Shown: piece after piece, positions 25,794 through 39,005 of the stretch | How the letters are laid out: each line of letters starts with the position of its first letter | Position numbering within the stretch: the stretch's first letter is position 1 | Source of the DNA: Octopus sinensis | Taxonomy: Eukaryota | DNA: 64,000 nucleotides | Reading direction: 5' to 3' | NCBI RefSeq assembly: GCF_006345805.1 | Contig: NC_043002.1 | Coordinates: forward strand, 10,602,001 to 10,666,000 | The notes under the pieces: model-generated | Databases searched by the model: none | The model's input: the letters and a program-made list of their open reading frames with translations, nothing else | Told to the model about the DNA's origin: nothing | Translations under genes and position numbers: made by a program

Positions 25794-26289
25794 TAATAGA
25801 AAGAAAACTGGTATGGTTTTCCGTCTTTTATACGTACACGTATTCAAACAAATGATGTAATTATTGCATACCAGTTATAGAAATATTATTCTATATTACA
25901 TCTCACATTATCATTGTCCCGCAATAAGCATAAGGACAAACGTTGAAAGTTTGAAAAACTTACATTTTTCCTATCATGTAAATTTTCAACAATTTTTCAT
26001 GCTTCCCAATATAGCGTAACAGAGGAAAAACAATCTTCCATTGACATAAGAAGCCTCACCTATCTGAAACTATGTTGATGCAACCAGAAAAAAGTATATT
26101 TGTCCCTCCAGCCATTAATGTTACTGCCCGCCATAGGCTGTTTTATAACACGAGTTTAATGACCAGCGGCTTAGTGCGGTCTGGAAGCGACTTCAGTTCT
26201 TTTCTTTGGTCTTAAGCACACAGGTTGTCATGTAGTTGTCGCTGTTAATACTTGAAGTTTGCGGTGTCATTTATCTAGGGGCCTCAGTT

Positions 26290-26640
26290 CGCTTCGTTTG
26301 TTGCTACACGTAGCAGAGCGAGATGTTATGGCCGGGTACAATCCCACTGCGTGGCACCCTGGGCTGGTGACTTCTACTAGAAACTGAAAGAAGCCCGTCA
26401 TAAATGTATGTATGTGTGTAAGTAAGCGTGCTTGTGTGTGTGTTTTTGTGTTTGTTTTCCCATCACCGCTTGACAACCGGTGTTTGTGTGTTTACGTCCC
26501 CGTAACTTTGTGACTCAGCCAAAAAGACCGATAGAATAAGTACTAGATTAATAATAATTCCTCAGGTCGATTTGCCCGACTAAAACCATTCGAGGCGATG
26601 CTCCAGCATGGCCACTATCAAATAATTGAAGCAAGTACAA
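26290..26640 (+). mobile_element. Old SINE B copy
   Basis: cccactgcgtggcacc...gaaactgaaagaagcccgtc...gcttgacaaccgg...gatgctccagcatggcc. Confidence 0.75.
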
Positions 26641-27089
26641 GAATAAGAGAAAAATAAACAATATAGCGGCAACAACATTTACGTAAGAATAAACCGAAGT
26701 GATGGTGCCTGGATGGATTGTCAGCAGCGAGTATTTAAAGGGAAATTTGACAAGACAGTCAGTCGCCCGCTGGCACACGTTTACGCTACATCGAAGGGGC
26801 CAGGGAACAGAAGAAAGAAGGAGAAAGAAGAGATGCACTCAACATCAGAGCTGAAGACGCCTCCGAAAGGAGGGGTGGCGTCACGTCAAAACGGTAGAGG
26901 AGTAGGGGCCAAAACCGGACGTGGTTCCTCCTGATGATGCCTTGAGCTAACTGGATCGTATAAAGGAGCAGACCGCGAAACATGGTTGAAATTCCTCCAT
27001 TCCACATACTCGACCAATTTGTAGTATCCGTCGGCAAGAGGTACGACTTGTTAATAACCTTTTAAGTCAGTGACAGCCGACAATTCAGA

Positions 27090-27323
27090 TATACCTATTT
27101 CTTTACTACCCACAAAGAGCTAAACACAGAGAGGATAAACAAGGACAGACAAACGGATTAAGTCGATTATATCGACCCCAGTGCGTAACTGGTGCTTATT
27201 TAATCGACCCCTAAAGGATGAAAGTCGACCTCGGCGGAATTTGAACTCAGAACATAGCGACAGACGAAATACTGCTAATCATTTCGCCCGGCGTGCTAAC
27301 GTTACTACAAGCTCGCTGCCTTA
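27090..27323 (-). mobile_element. SINE A, full-length
   Basis: Reverse complement of 239-473. Confidence 0.88.
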
Positions 27324-27589
27324 AATCCAGATATACCGTCTTAGGCTTAGCTGCTTCATACACAAGGGTGCGGTACTAAACTCTTATCATCAGTATGGAC
27401 TACATCCTCATCACTGCAAGTAATTTAACAACGTAGCATCATATTTTAATCTAGTACCACTAAATCTTGTTGCCGCTATAGCGTTAGTTCTTCACTAATC
27501 CACAACAACATCCAGGTTTTCTGTGAGAAAAATGCAACCTGATGTCCCTAAATAAACCATACAGCAGCCTCTAGACATAGCAGAGAAGA

Positions 27590-27886
27590 CTATCTATTTC
27601 CTTTCCGACTAGAACATAGAACTCAGAAAGTAACGGCAGACGAAATACCTATTTCTTTACTACCCACAAGGAGCTAAACACAGAGGAGACAAACAGGGAC
27701 AGGACAGACAGACGGCTTAAGTCGATTGTATCGACCCCAGTGTGTAACTGGTACTTAATTTATCGACCCCGTCAGGATGAAAGGCAAAGTCGACCTCGGC
27801 GGAATTTGAACTCAGAACGTAGCGGCTGACGAAATACCACTAAGTATTTCGCGCGGCGTGCTAACGTTTCTGACAGCTCACCGCGT
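27590..27886 (-). mobile_element. SINE A with a second, internally deleted tandem unit
   Basis: Junction gcagacgaaatacctatttctttac at ~27636-27660. Confidence 0.8.
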
Positions 27887-27932
27887 TACCCCGTTCAATA
27901 ATTGAAACCATGAGGCCGTACGTACACACACA

Positions 27933-27995
<63 letters not shown>

Positions 27996-28399
27996 ACACA
28001 CACACACGTAAGCACGAGTGTTAGATCGTGTGTGCGTGACCTGTATATTAATATGTACATGTGCATATTTTCATAGGTCCATATTGATATATTGCCTCTG
28101 TATCAATTTATATTCATTCATACATGGTTATGGACATTCAGGCATTTGTTTCAGTATGTCCATATGATTAAGTGCCTCAGCGAATGCATGCTCACACATG
28201 CGTGTGCATGATAAGTGTGTAGGTGTGTGTGTTTGCGTGTTTCCTATGTGCGTTTAATTATGTGTGTGTTCTCCAAAGAGATGCGTTGATGCTGTTGATC
28301 CTTAACCAAGTCATGACGTTTTCCTGTATTCTCGCAATCAAATTTAATCTTCCACTTAGCACATTACGTAGTTTGATAAACACAAAAGCATGAGATGCA

Positions 28400-28688
28400 G
28401 CGGACGATGATGACGAGGAAGAAGAAGAAGAAGAAGACGTTGATGACGATGACCATGACGATGATGATGACGATGGTGACGACGATGATGACAATGATGA
28501 TGATAACGATGATAATGATGATGATGATGATGATGGTGATCATGTTGATGATGATGATCATGATGGTGATGATGATGACGACGACGATGATGACTATGAT
28601 GGCATGATGATGATGATGATGATGATGATGTTGATGGCGATGGGGATGATGATGATGATGATGATGATGGCGTTGGTGATGGTGATGG

Positions 28689-28722
<34 letters not shown>

Positions 28723-28733
28723 AATGGCGATGG

Positions 28734-28769
<36 letters not shown>

Positions 28770-28824
28770 CGATGATGATGATAGCGATGATGATGATGTA
28801 GATGATGGTGATGATGATGATGAC

Positions 28825-28871
<47 letters not shown>

Positions 28872-28991
28872 CGATGACGATGATGATGATGGCGATGATG
28901 ATGATGTTGATGATGGTGATGATGATGATGATGACGATGATAATGATGATGATGGTGATGGTGATGATGATGATGATGGCGTTGGTGATGG

Positions 28992-29032
<41 letters not shown>

Positions 29033-29035
29033 TCA
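28400..29035. repeat. (GAT)n microsatellite, ~640 bp
   Basis: Direct reading. It explains the poly-M/poly-S/poly-I ORFs. Confidence 0.95.
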
Positions 29036-29392
29036 ACGGAATGAATGCTGGAGTGACACAAAATATTTTAAGGGAAAAAAGCTAAAGGATGGGAGGAAGA
29101 AAAGATTGGATGGTGAAAGGGCGAAATAAGCCAACGTATTCGGTGAGGAAGGTAGAATGAAATAAGGAAGGAAAGAGGGAAGTGAATAAAAAGAGAAAAG
29201 GAAATAGAAGCAAAAAAGCTAAAGAAAGAGATGAAGCGACTTGGTGGAGACATTGGTGAAAGATTAAAGAAAACAAAAAATTAATTGAAATAAGAATAAT
29301 TTAAATGAGAAAATAGAAAACGGATGTACGAAAGCTGGGGAGAGAAGGAGAGGGAGAGAGTGGTGAAGCAATGGGTGAGAGAGACGGAAAGT

Positions 29393-29424
<32 letters not shown>

Positions 29425-30093
29425 CAAAGCAAAAGACGGTAGAAAGTGAAAGTAGAAGTGAAAGAAAGTGAGAGATTAATTGAGAGAGAGAGAGAGAGAG
29501 AGCGAAAGAGAAAGAAGGCAATGGGAAAAAGATAAAACGAAACAGAATACAACTAATGGAATAAAGCAGGCAGCAGAGGTATGATAATATTGATTTCCTA
29601 TGACTAGATCGAACAAGATCAATATTTATACGGCAGGGGAATGATTGTCAAAATTCAATTCTATATATTAGTCGTACTTATTGTATTGAACCCTAGAGAG
29701 AAATTTTATTTAAAAGTAAATATCGATTCCAGTAATAGTGGAAATTTATGCAGCGAGGTCTAACATAAATATGTTATAGAGCATTTAGTTCACCGGTTCA
29801 TTGTTTTGGTCAACTTTAACCCTTGGTTTCCACGTTAAATATAGTTCTGAGGTTAAGAAACTAGCTTCGGAAGCATCTAGATTCATGTTTGTTCTCACAC
29901 TGTAACAGATTGTGGAAGAGATTAGTTTTCCTTTAATTTTTTACTTTTCTAATGCAATTTGTTACAGATTTACCAAAAGTGTGAGTAGAGTTTCTTCGTC
30001 AGAAACTGTGAGGAAGCACTTCACTCATTCACACACACACACGTGCATATACATACATACATACATACATACATACATACATACATACATACA

Positions 30094-30125
<32 letters not shown>

Positions 30126-30325
30126 CATACATATACATACATATATATATATATATATATTCAAATTGAGGGAGTGGAGCAGGTAAAATTCAGCCTACAT
30201 ATGTTTCATAGCTAGCAGGGTTACTCAGCTACACATCAGGCCAAAGTTACCTTAAATATATGAAGTTTACATTTTCGTTAAGGAATATCGTTAGCTCGCT
30301 GAAAATATAATCAGAAAATTAGAAG

Positions 30326-30359
<34 letters not shown>

Positions 30360-30361
<2 letters not shown>

Positions 30362-30547
30362 AGAGTTTACGAAAAAAAAAACAAAAGACGAAGACAGGTG
30401 GTGTAGAAAACAAACAGATGTATGAGTATAACGCTCAGGAATAGAAAAAGTTTTTTACGTTTCGAGCCTACGCTCTTCTACAGAAAGGGACACAGAAAGA
30501 AACAAGGAGAGAAAAAATGTGTGTTATGGCTAACGATCTATCATGGC
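30360..30547 (-). mobile_element. PLE-type terminal repeat with a minimal hammerhead-like motif (30451-30487)
   Basis: Minus strand reads ttt-CTGTAGA-a-gagc-gtag-gctc-GAAAC-GTA-aaa. This is the minimal PLE hammerhead layout with A6U. Confidence 0.5.
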
Positions 30548-30588
30548 GATCCTTGCGACAATGTAAACTTTCATTTCAAAAAGTAATC

Positions 30589-30812
30589 CAGGTGGATAGT
30601 AGGATTATGTATGCATATATGTTAGTTTTTCATTGAGTTTATGGTAAGGCTTATATGAAGAGGTATTCAGATTTAATGAAACTTCTAAATATTCGACCGC
30701 TGAAAGAAAGATTCGTGACAACTGTGATTTTTAATTCCAAAGCTGCTTTCTTAACTTATCAAGTGTGGTGTGTCCGTCACACATGTGGGAAACAATCAAC
30801 CGGTCATCGTGG
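30589..30812 (-). mobile_element. Inverted copy of the adjacent PLE RT catalytic region (matches ~31858-32085)
   Basis: The reverse complement reads ttggattgtaccacgatgaccggttgatt versus ttggattgtaccgcgatgacgggttgatt at ~31860. ORF-track peptides 30655(+) and 31710(-) are homologous (TVIFNS..AFLT, HRGTIQ). Confidence 0.9.
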
Positions 30813-33800
30813 TACAATCCAACTATGTTCCACACGAACATGGATTTATACCACATTGACTATTCAACCAAGAATACAACTATACCATCAAAACATCTGT
30901 ATCTTCGAAGACTGTTTGAGAAATTTGGGGACCTTGTGAAGAGAATGCGATGGAAAACAATATGTTTCTATTCCGGAACACGTACATTCATATTTAAAGA
31001 ATATTATGACTTGAAAACAAAAAGATACCCTCCCACTGTTAAAGATTTAGTTCCATTTGAGTCTGAACTCCTTAATTTAGTCACTAGAATTATGCTGTTT
31101 AAGTATCGTAATCCCTTTCGATCTAAGATGTATTCGGACATCAAAAATTTTAGAAATTCTAATAAGAAATTTGTATTTTCAGATAAAATTAATAACCTGC
31201 ATGAAATATCTAAACAGGCTTATCATAGATTATTAAATGTTACCATTACCGCCAAATATAAAAAAAAAATCAGGAAGAGATACTATGATATCAACGTTTC
31301 TTGCGAGTCGCAGTAATATCGATGACAGATTAGAGTTTTTAGCGAAGAGAGAGGCTCTTGTTACGTTAAAAGATTACAAACATAATTTCCACGATAAACC
31401 CCACTTGTAGATTGCTAAATCTGGCCAAATCCGAAATAGGATTAATGGCTAAGAAAATACTTAGAAATATTAATTATAAAATAAAGAAAATTACTTGCTT
31501 CAGACCGTGGAATAATAGTTTCACAGTAGGAGATTGGTTCACTAGGATTAAAGATAAGGATAAAGCAAATTCAGTCAATTTGATATTATTGATTTTTACC
31601 CCCTCCATCTCGAGTTCACTACTAAACAAAGCTATTGAATTTGCTCAATCATTCGTCGATATTGAGACTATAGAATTGAATTTTAACAAAACATGCCAGA
31701 AAAACATTATTATTTATCTAAGTGGGAACTTCGGTAAAAAAACAGGTGGCGATGAGTTATTCGACGTTTCTGTGGCATCGTACGACAGCGCCGATATTTG
31801 TGATTTGGTCGGCCTATATACAATAAATATATTGAAGAGGAGGCACTCATCTCATGATGTTGGATTGTACCGCGATGACGGGTTGATTCTTTCCCAATGT
31901 GTGACTGACACACTCGATTAGTTAAGAAAGCAGTTTGGGAATTAAAAATCACAGTAATCACGAATCAATCAGCGGTCGAATATTTAGAAGTGTCATTAAA
32001 CCTGAATACCTCCTCATATAAGCCTTACCATAGACTCAATGAAAAACTAACATATTATGCATACATAATCCTACCACCCTCCTGTTATAATTCAAATATA
32101 GTAGCAAATATTAACAAAAGGATATCTAATCTCTCGTCCTCCTGGGAAATTTTCGAGAGGGCTGCCCCCTATTATAAAAGAGCTTTAGCTAATAGTGGGT
32201 TTAAAGAACAATTGGTATACTCTTTTACTCTTTTACTTGTTTCAGTCATTTGACTGCGGCCATGCTGGAGCACCGCCTTTAGTCGAGCAACTCGACCCCG
32301 GGACTCATTCTTTGTAAGCCCAGTACTTATTCTATCGGTCTCTTTTGCCTAACCGCTAATGACGAGGACGTAAACACACCAGCATCGGTTATCAAGCAAT
32401 GCTAGGAGGACAAACACACACACACAAACACACACACACATATATACATATATACGACAGGCTTCTTTCAGTTTCCAGCTACCAATTCCACTCACAAGGT
32501 ATTGGTCGGTCCAAGGCTATAGCAGAAGACACTTGCCCAAGATGCCACGCAGTGGGACTGAACCCGGGACCATGTGGTTGGCTAGCAAGCTACTTACCAC
32601 ACAGCCACTCCTGTGCCTATAGGAACCTTCTTCAAATAAAGGAATTACTAATAGACATAGGGAAATTAACACATTCTAAAAAGCATCCCATTAGGAGATC
32701 AAGAAAAATTATTTGGTTTGCCCCTCCTTTTTCCCTGAATGTATGGACGAATATTGATAGAAATTTCCCGGTTCTCTTCGACAAACACGTTCCTGAATCT
32801 CATAGATACAAGAAAATATTTAAAAGAAATTCCGTTGAATAAGCTGCTGCCCGAGCATAAAAATTATTATCACTCGTAAGAACCAACAGGAAACTGAACC
32901 AGGCTGCAACTGTCGCAAAGCGGAATCCTGTCCGCTGGACCAGCAGTGTATGATGAAGTCCATTATATACAGAGTAGAGGTTTCAGCATCACTTAATAGG
33001 AGTGACACAAGCAATAAAAGAACACACATCGGATTATGTGAAGAAATTAAAACAAAAAACGCTACGCCAACCACAGCATCATTTCATTACAGTGAGAAAA
33101 ACAAAACTACAAAGTTGGCGAGCCACATTTGGGCCATAAAAGAGAAAAATGTACCATATGTGATCAAATGGAGAATAATAGAAACGACTAAACCATACAT
33201 AAATGGATCTAATTGATGAATGGTTTGCTTCACCGAAAGGGCGCAGATTTTATTTAGATCCGAAATTCCAAACTCGATATTGAACTTAAGGTCAGAGATA
33301 TTTTATTGGATGTAAACAAGTTTAAATATATCTCTAAAAATTGAAAGTTTCCATCGATTCCCGATTGATTGATCATTTTTTCCTACCTTTCTTTATAACC
33401 ACCAGGAATATAGTTTCTTTTTTCAATGTATCGATTTATATCTCATATTTATATTTGCATTATATATTTTCAATCCTTTCATATTCCTTTTGTAATTTTT
33501 ATATATTATAATTATAGACTTTATAACAGACACCATAGAGTTTTCTCACTTATAATTTTATGCAATTTATGTATATTCCATGTATTTTTATGTACTTATA
33601 TATACATATATGTACATGAATGGATATTCTATATAGCTTATATATTTGTGTATATTTGTATAGCCTTTGGATTATCTATAGATCTATAAATATTTTTATA
33701 CATTGACACGTTTATAATTTAATTTAATTTTTATAACTTCTATAATTTATAACTGCACCAATTGACCTTGTTTTTTAAAGTTTATTTTCGATTTAAAATC

Positions 33801-33990
33801 ATCAGTACGATCTACATTGGTTCACATTGACAGCTCACCTGTAGTGGAATCTTCCCTTAAATAGTGTTTTCCTTAGCATCGCCTCTTGCCTGTCCTCTAT
33901 TTAAACTTCTTGATTTCATGAAATAATCAGCGTCTGATGAAAGTATTTGTCGTGTACGTGAAACTGTTAGTAGCACGTGTAACACATGTA
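30813..33990 (+). mobile_element. Penelope-like element, near full-length, decayed (RT + GIY-YIG to ~33345, then AT-rich 3' region)
   Basis: YSTKNTTIPSK..KRMRWK, AKSEIGLMAKKIL, FDVSVASYDSADICDLVGL, GLYRDDGL, RRSRKIIWFAPPFS, CNCRKAESCPLDQQC, TKLASHIWAIK. Many stops and frameshifts. Interrupted by SINE B. Confidence 0.92.
32218..32620 (-). mobile_element. SINE B inserted into the PLE ORF
   Basis: Full family B sequence between the PLE RT thumb and the linker region. Confidence 0.92.
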
Positions 33991-34324
33991 GACTCTCATT
34001 AGATGGAATACTCTTCTTGTTGACCATTTTAGGCAGATAAACTTACTATATATATATAGTTGATCGGAACAACTGGAACGAACCGTCGTCGAAACCGACG
34101 GAGTGCCACGATTATTCCTGTTTCTAATTATGGGTGAAATTTGGCAGGTCTTTATTAAGTAGGAAATGTCATTTGAATTCAATGTTTTACTTGTTTCAGT
34201 CGTTAGACTACGGCCATTCTGTAGTACTGCCGTGAAGGGTTTTAGTCGAACAGGTAGTTATAACAGGTAGTAGCCTGTTATATCGAATTTATAGGGCTGT
34301 AGTTTAACTTTATTTTCATAGTGT

Positions 34325-34545
34325 GCAAGTGACCGATATTACAACTCTCCATCCCTGAATGGGACGCTAGTGCCTCGCAGGGTTGAATTCCCTTTTATAA
34401 CTGAAATTCATTTACAACTGAGAGGACGAGAACAGCGTGGAATGTCAGCGTTTTGCACAAGAACAAAAAGGGCCGCCCAGTCCAGGAATCGGAATGACAG
34501 TATTGCGATCGTGAGGGCAATAGTCTAATTACTAGGGCCACTGTG
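34325..34545 (-). mobile_element. Ancient tRNA-headed SINE of another family
   Basis: Reverse complement: gtggccctagtaattag...ccgattcctggactggg...ttgttcttgtgcaaaacgct...aaccctgcgaggcactagcgtcccattcaggg. Confidence 0.45.
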
Positions 34546-34568
34546 GACCTATTTAATTCTTTAGAATA

Positions 34569-34962
34569 TATACAAGAAAATTCAAATTACGATACTTCAA
34601 GAACATTCTTTCCTTGAGTATGAAGCGACAACAAACTTGCTGGACCTCGAAATCCTAAATCATCAACAAAGAATTTTGCAACGTTAAGCTAAGGACGGAG
34701 CAGAAGCTTTGAAAATGCTGCCTCAATCATTTTTAATTAAAACCCTTCCTTCCACACATCACGGAAAAATTTAAGTGATGTCCATTTTAATTCTTTACCT
34801 TAAAGAATTTCACTTTCAGGTAGAGCAGGTGGTTAAGAAGTTTGGTTTTCAGTCAAGTGTTTCAGAATCCGATTCCACTGCGTAGTACTGAGGGCAGCCG
34901 TCTTCTATAAGAAATTCGGGTCAACCCATAACTTATGAGTGAAAGATGTAAACTGTACGAAA
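34569..34962 (+). repeat. ~394-bp direct duplication, copy 1 (copy 2 at 37977-38369)
   Basis: The 5' part has scattered mismatches. The last ~207 bp appear identical. Confidence 0.93.
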
Positions 34963-35415
34963 TTAAATTAAATCCTTTTAATGTAATAAATAACGTTTTC
35001 CCGTGTTTGTGTGTGTGATAACCATTCACGCTATAGCGAATTCTTTTCTTTTTCTTAGCGTATGCACGATACGTACGCAGTAATACATAAATATATATCT
35101 AAATACATTCACTGTAATCCCTGTTCATTGCAAATGCATATTAAATATACACATCTATATATCCACACTCGCACACACATATGTACATAGATCGGTCACT
35201 TCAACAATGTAACTACACACGTATCGTCAGCGATTCCTTTTCTTTTATTTATTATCTTTTTTTTTAACATTTCCTTTTCTCCTTTCCGACAAAGAGCTAT
35301 GCTCGAAACTTCAAACTCTCTCCTTTCACGAAGAGTTAAGCTAATACATTTCTTTTGAACGCCCTCAGCTTCTCTGTTTTTAGTTGATTGCTTGAATTGT
35401 CTGTTTATTTGAATT

Positions 35416-35462
<47 letters not shown>

Positions 35463-35744
35463 ATAATGAAGGGTGAAATTAATTAATTTGGAATAATTAT
35501 CAATTACACCAAGTAATCTTCGGCATGTAAAAGCCTCATTCGAGGAAAATTAAGTAATACTAAGCAATAAAGGGTTAGCAACGAATTGCCTTACCACATA
35601 CCGAATTTAGAAATAGCAGTCAAAGAGTTATAGCTATTTCTTCTACTAAAAAGGGAGATCTCAGTAAAAACAGCAATTGGAAGGCAGGCACAAACAGGTA
35701 AGAGAGAATGAATTGACGGCAATCTATCATACAATTTTAAGTTA

Positions 35745-35844
35745 TCTACGGACGCACGTTTCGAAATCAAGTTTTTAGGAAAGCATAAGAATTAAATATT
35801 AAATAATTCTACCTTACCAAAACTTCTTTTCTCTTCAGCGTAGA
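35745..35844 (-). ncRNA. Type I hammerhead ribozyme, canonical core
   Basis: Exact reverse complement of 36352-36451. Confidence 0.85.
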
Positions 35845-36351
35845 ATACTATAATCATAAATGATTATATATTGAATTTTGAGATACTAGAAGGCACCAAC
35901 TCAACTCAGTATCAGAGCGAGCTAGAATCCGCAACTAGTATCACTAAATTCAAAGTGTGAATGAAAAGATTGTCACCAGCCCCTTCCCACCCGCGTGTAG
36001 CCAAAACAAGATGCTGTGGTCATCTACTGAGATAAAATATGGTTATCCGTAATAATGAAGGGTGAAATTAATTAATTTGGAATAATTATCAATTACACCA
36101 AGTAGTCTTCGGCATGTAAAAGCCTCATTCGAGGAAAATTTAAGTAATACTAAGCAATAAAGGGTTTAGCAACGAATTGCCTTACCACATACCGAATTTA
36201 GAAATAGCAGTCAAAGAGTTATAGCTATTTCTTCTACACACTTTGAATTTAGTGATACTAGTTGCGGATTCTAGCTCGCTCTGATACTGAGTTGAGTTGG
36301 TGCCTTCTAGTATCTCAAAATTCAATATATAATCATTTATGATTATAGTAT

Positions 36352-36451
36352 TCTACGCTGAAGAGAAAAGAAGTTTTGGTAAGGTAGAATTATTTAATAT
36401 TTAATTCTTATGCTTTCCTAAAAACTTGATTTCGAAACGTGCGTCCGTAGA
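36352..36451 (+). ncRNA. Type I hammerhead ribozyme, canonical core, predicted cleavage 3' of C36445
   Basis: Stem I tctacg/cgtaga (6 bp). CTGAAGA at 36358-64. G36365-C36433 closes a long stem II. GAAAC at 36434-38. Stem III AC-gtgc-GT. GTC cleavage triplet. Confidence 0.85.
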
Positions 36452-36637
36452 TAACTTAAAATTGTATGATAGATTGCCGTCAATTCATTCTCTCTTACCT
36501 GTTTGTGTCTGCCTTCCAATTGCTGTTTTTACTGAGATCTCCCTTTTTAGTAGAAGAAATAGCTATAACTCTTTGACTGCTATTTCTAAATTCGGTATGT
36601 GGTAAGGCAATTCGTTGCTAAACCCTTTATTGCTTAG

Positions 36638-36741
<104 letters not shown>

Positions 36742-37154
36742 CAATATATATATATATATATATACAGAGAGAGAGAGAGAGAGAGAATTTAGAGAAAAAA
36801 CACTATCAAAACAAGTCAATAAAGAAAGATGTTATTCACACCATATAGAAAACATATTCTACAAAAACCTTATTTTAAATAAAGTACAAGAAATAGTAAA
36901 CAGTAGTAAAAGACTACGCACGTTTCATGGCTATGTTTTCAAATTAATAATAATAATAAAATCAATTCGATTCAAAATTAAATCGAACTAAAAATTTATT
37001 CTATTTAAAAATATATTCACTCATCAGGTCTAAGATCAGGTCTAAATGATAAAAAATAATAATAATAATAGAATAAATGTACTTATCTTAACTTATACTA
37101 ATTATCAAATAAATATATATAAAAATACGTGTATTAACTATAAATAAACAAGAA

Positions 37155-37340
37155 GAAAGAGTGAGAGAAAGTTGTGGTGAAAGAATACAGCAGGGTTCGC
37201 CACAACCCACTGCCGGAGTCTCGTGGAGATTTAGGTGTTTTTATTCAATAATCACTCACAACGCCCTGTCTCGAAATCGAAACCGCGATCCTACGACTGT
37301 GAGTCTGCCGTCCTAACCACTGGGCCGTTGCGCCTCCACT
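37155..37340 (-). mobile_element. SINE family C, 3'-truncated
   Basis: Reverse complement of the 42296 head and core. Confidence 0.8.
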
Positions 37341-37555
37341 TATGACTGCAGAAACATTGCCAATTGCTTCCCTAATAATAAAAACAATATAATTTAAAAA
37401 GCGGGTGTATAAAGCTTATGTAGAAGCTATTGATGTCACGAGAAAGACATATATTGAGCTTTCTGACGATTCATCCAAAATCAGTTTTACAGGACATATA
37501 CATTCGTTCAATTGTAAGAACAAAATCGGTTCCAGTTCACCCCAAACTATATTTA

Positions 37556-37785
37556 GGCGGCGAGCTGGCAGAAACGTTAGCACGCCGGGCGAAATGCGTA
37601 GCGGTATTTCGTCTGTCGTTACGTTGTGAGTTCAAATTCCGCCGAGGTCGACTTTGCCTTTCATCCTTTCGGGGTCCATAAATTAAGTACCAGTTACGCA
37701 CTGGGGTTGATATAATCGACTTAATCCGTTTGTCTGTCCTTGTTTGTCCCCTCTATGTTTAGCCCTTTGTGGGCAATAAAGAAAT
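37556..37785 (+). mobile_element. SINE A, full-length
   Basis: Matches 239-473. Short TSD tatattta. Confidence 0.9.
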
Positions 37786-37976
37786 ATATATTTAGTGTCT
37801 ATAAGAAAATGGAAAAGACAACCCAACAATTAAAAGAAAGAAATATTTTTATAAAAAACACATGGACACGACAACATTGTCACAGAGTGCAACTTGTGTG
37901 CAACTAGGATCTCAGTCCGTTTTCCCTGTGATACAGTATATTTCATGGGAGCAAAGAAGAATTTTCTCTTTCTTTG

Positions 37977-38369
37977 TATACAAGAAAATTCAAATTACGG
38001 TACTTCAAGAACATTCTTTCCCTGAGTATGTTGCGACAACAAACTTGCTGAACCTCGAAATCCTGAATCCTCAACCAAGGATTTTGCAACGTTAAGCTAA
38101 GGACGGAGCAGAAGCTTTGAAAATGCTGCCTCAATCATTTTAATTAAAACCCTTCCCTCCATACATCACGGAAAAATTTAAGTGATGTCCATTTTAATTC
38201 TTTACCTTAAAGAATTTCACTTTCAGGTAGAGCAGGTGGTTAAGAAGTTTGGTTTTCAGTCAAGTGTTTCAGAATCCGATTCCACTGCGTAGTACTGAGG
38301 GCAGCCGTCTTCTATAAGAAATTCGGGTCAACCCATAACTTATGAGTGAAAGATGTAAACTGTACGAAA
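37977..38369 (+). repeat. ~394-bp direct duplication, copy 2
   Basis: See 34569-34962. Confidence 0.93.
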
Positions 38370-39005
38370 ACCTGCCGCATTTATATGTGCGTGTGTGCAT
38401 GTTCATTCCTGTGTTTCTATGTGTGTAGTATGTGCGTATGTGGATATGTGTTTCTCTGTGTGTGTGTGTGTGTATGTGTGTCGGTGTGTGCATATGTGTG
38501 TGTGTATTGTGCACGTATGCGTACATGTGCATTCCAAAAATCAGACTAGTTTTTTCAGCCTCTGTGGAAAAGCACTGACTCAGTTATTCAATAAGAATCA
38601 ATGATATTACTCCTAATTTTATATCCAGAACTAATACTCTTCGATCACCTAATCAATATCTGTAGACGCACTCAGAATCGCTAAACTATAAATGTTGTCA
38701 AACGCAGTGATATCGATATTAAATTACGTTCTAGGAAATCGATCTTCTTTTTAAAAAAATCCAACACCGAGCGCGTTGATGATTGTAAGGATTCTGCTGT
38801 ATTGCGGGTGTTTTTGTGCCTGTAGCTTTGTTTATATTTGTTTGTGTCCATAGAATAAAATACGAGACACATTTGAAAAAAGGACTTGTGTCTATATGAT
38901 TGAATAAGGTCTTGAAGGCGTTTCCCCAGCATGGCCACCGTTCAAAATATGAAGGATTAAACAGGTAGAATATTATTTTTGTTGATAATGTTTAAAGGAT
39001 CCTAA

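Noticed and set aside
28258-29061. Long ORFs (poly-S/H, poly-M, poly-I)
   Set aside because: Translations of the (GAT)n microsatellite.
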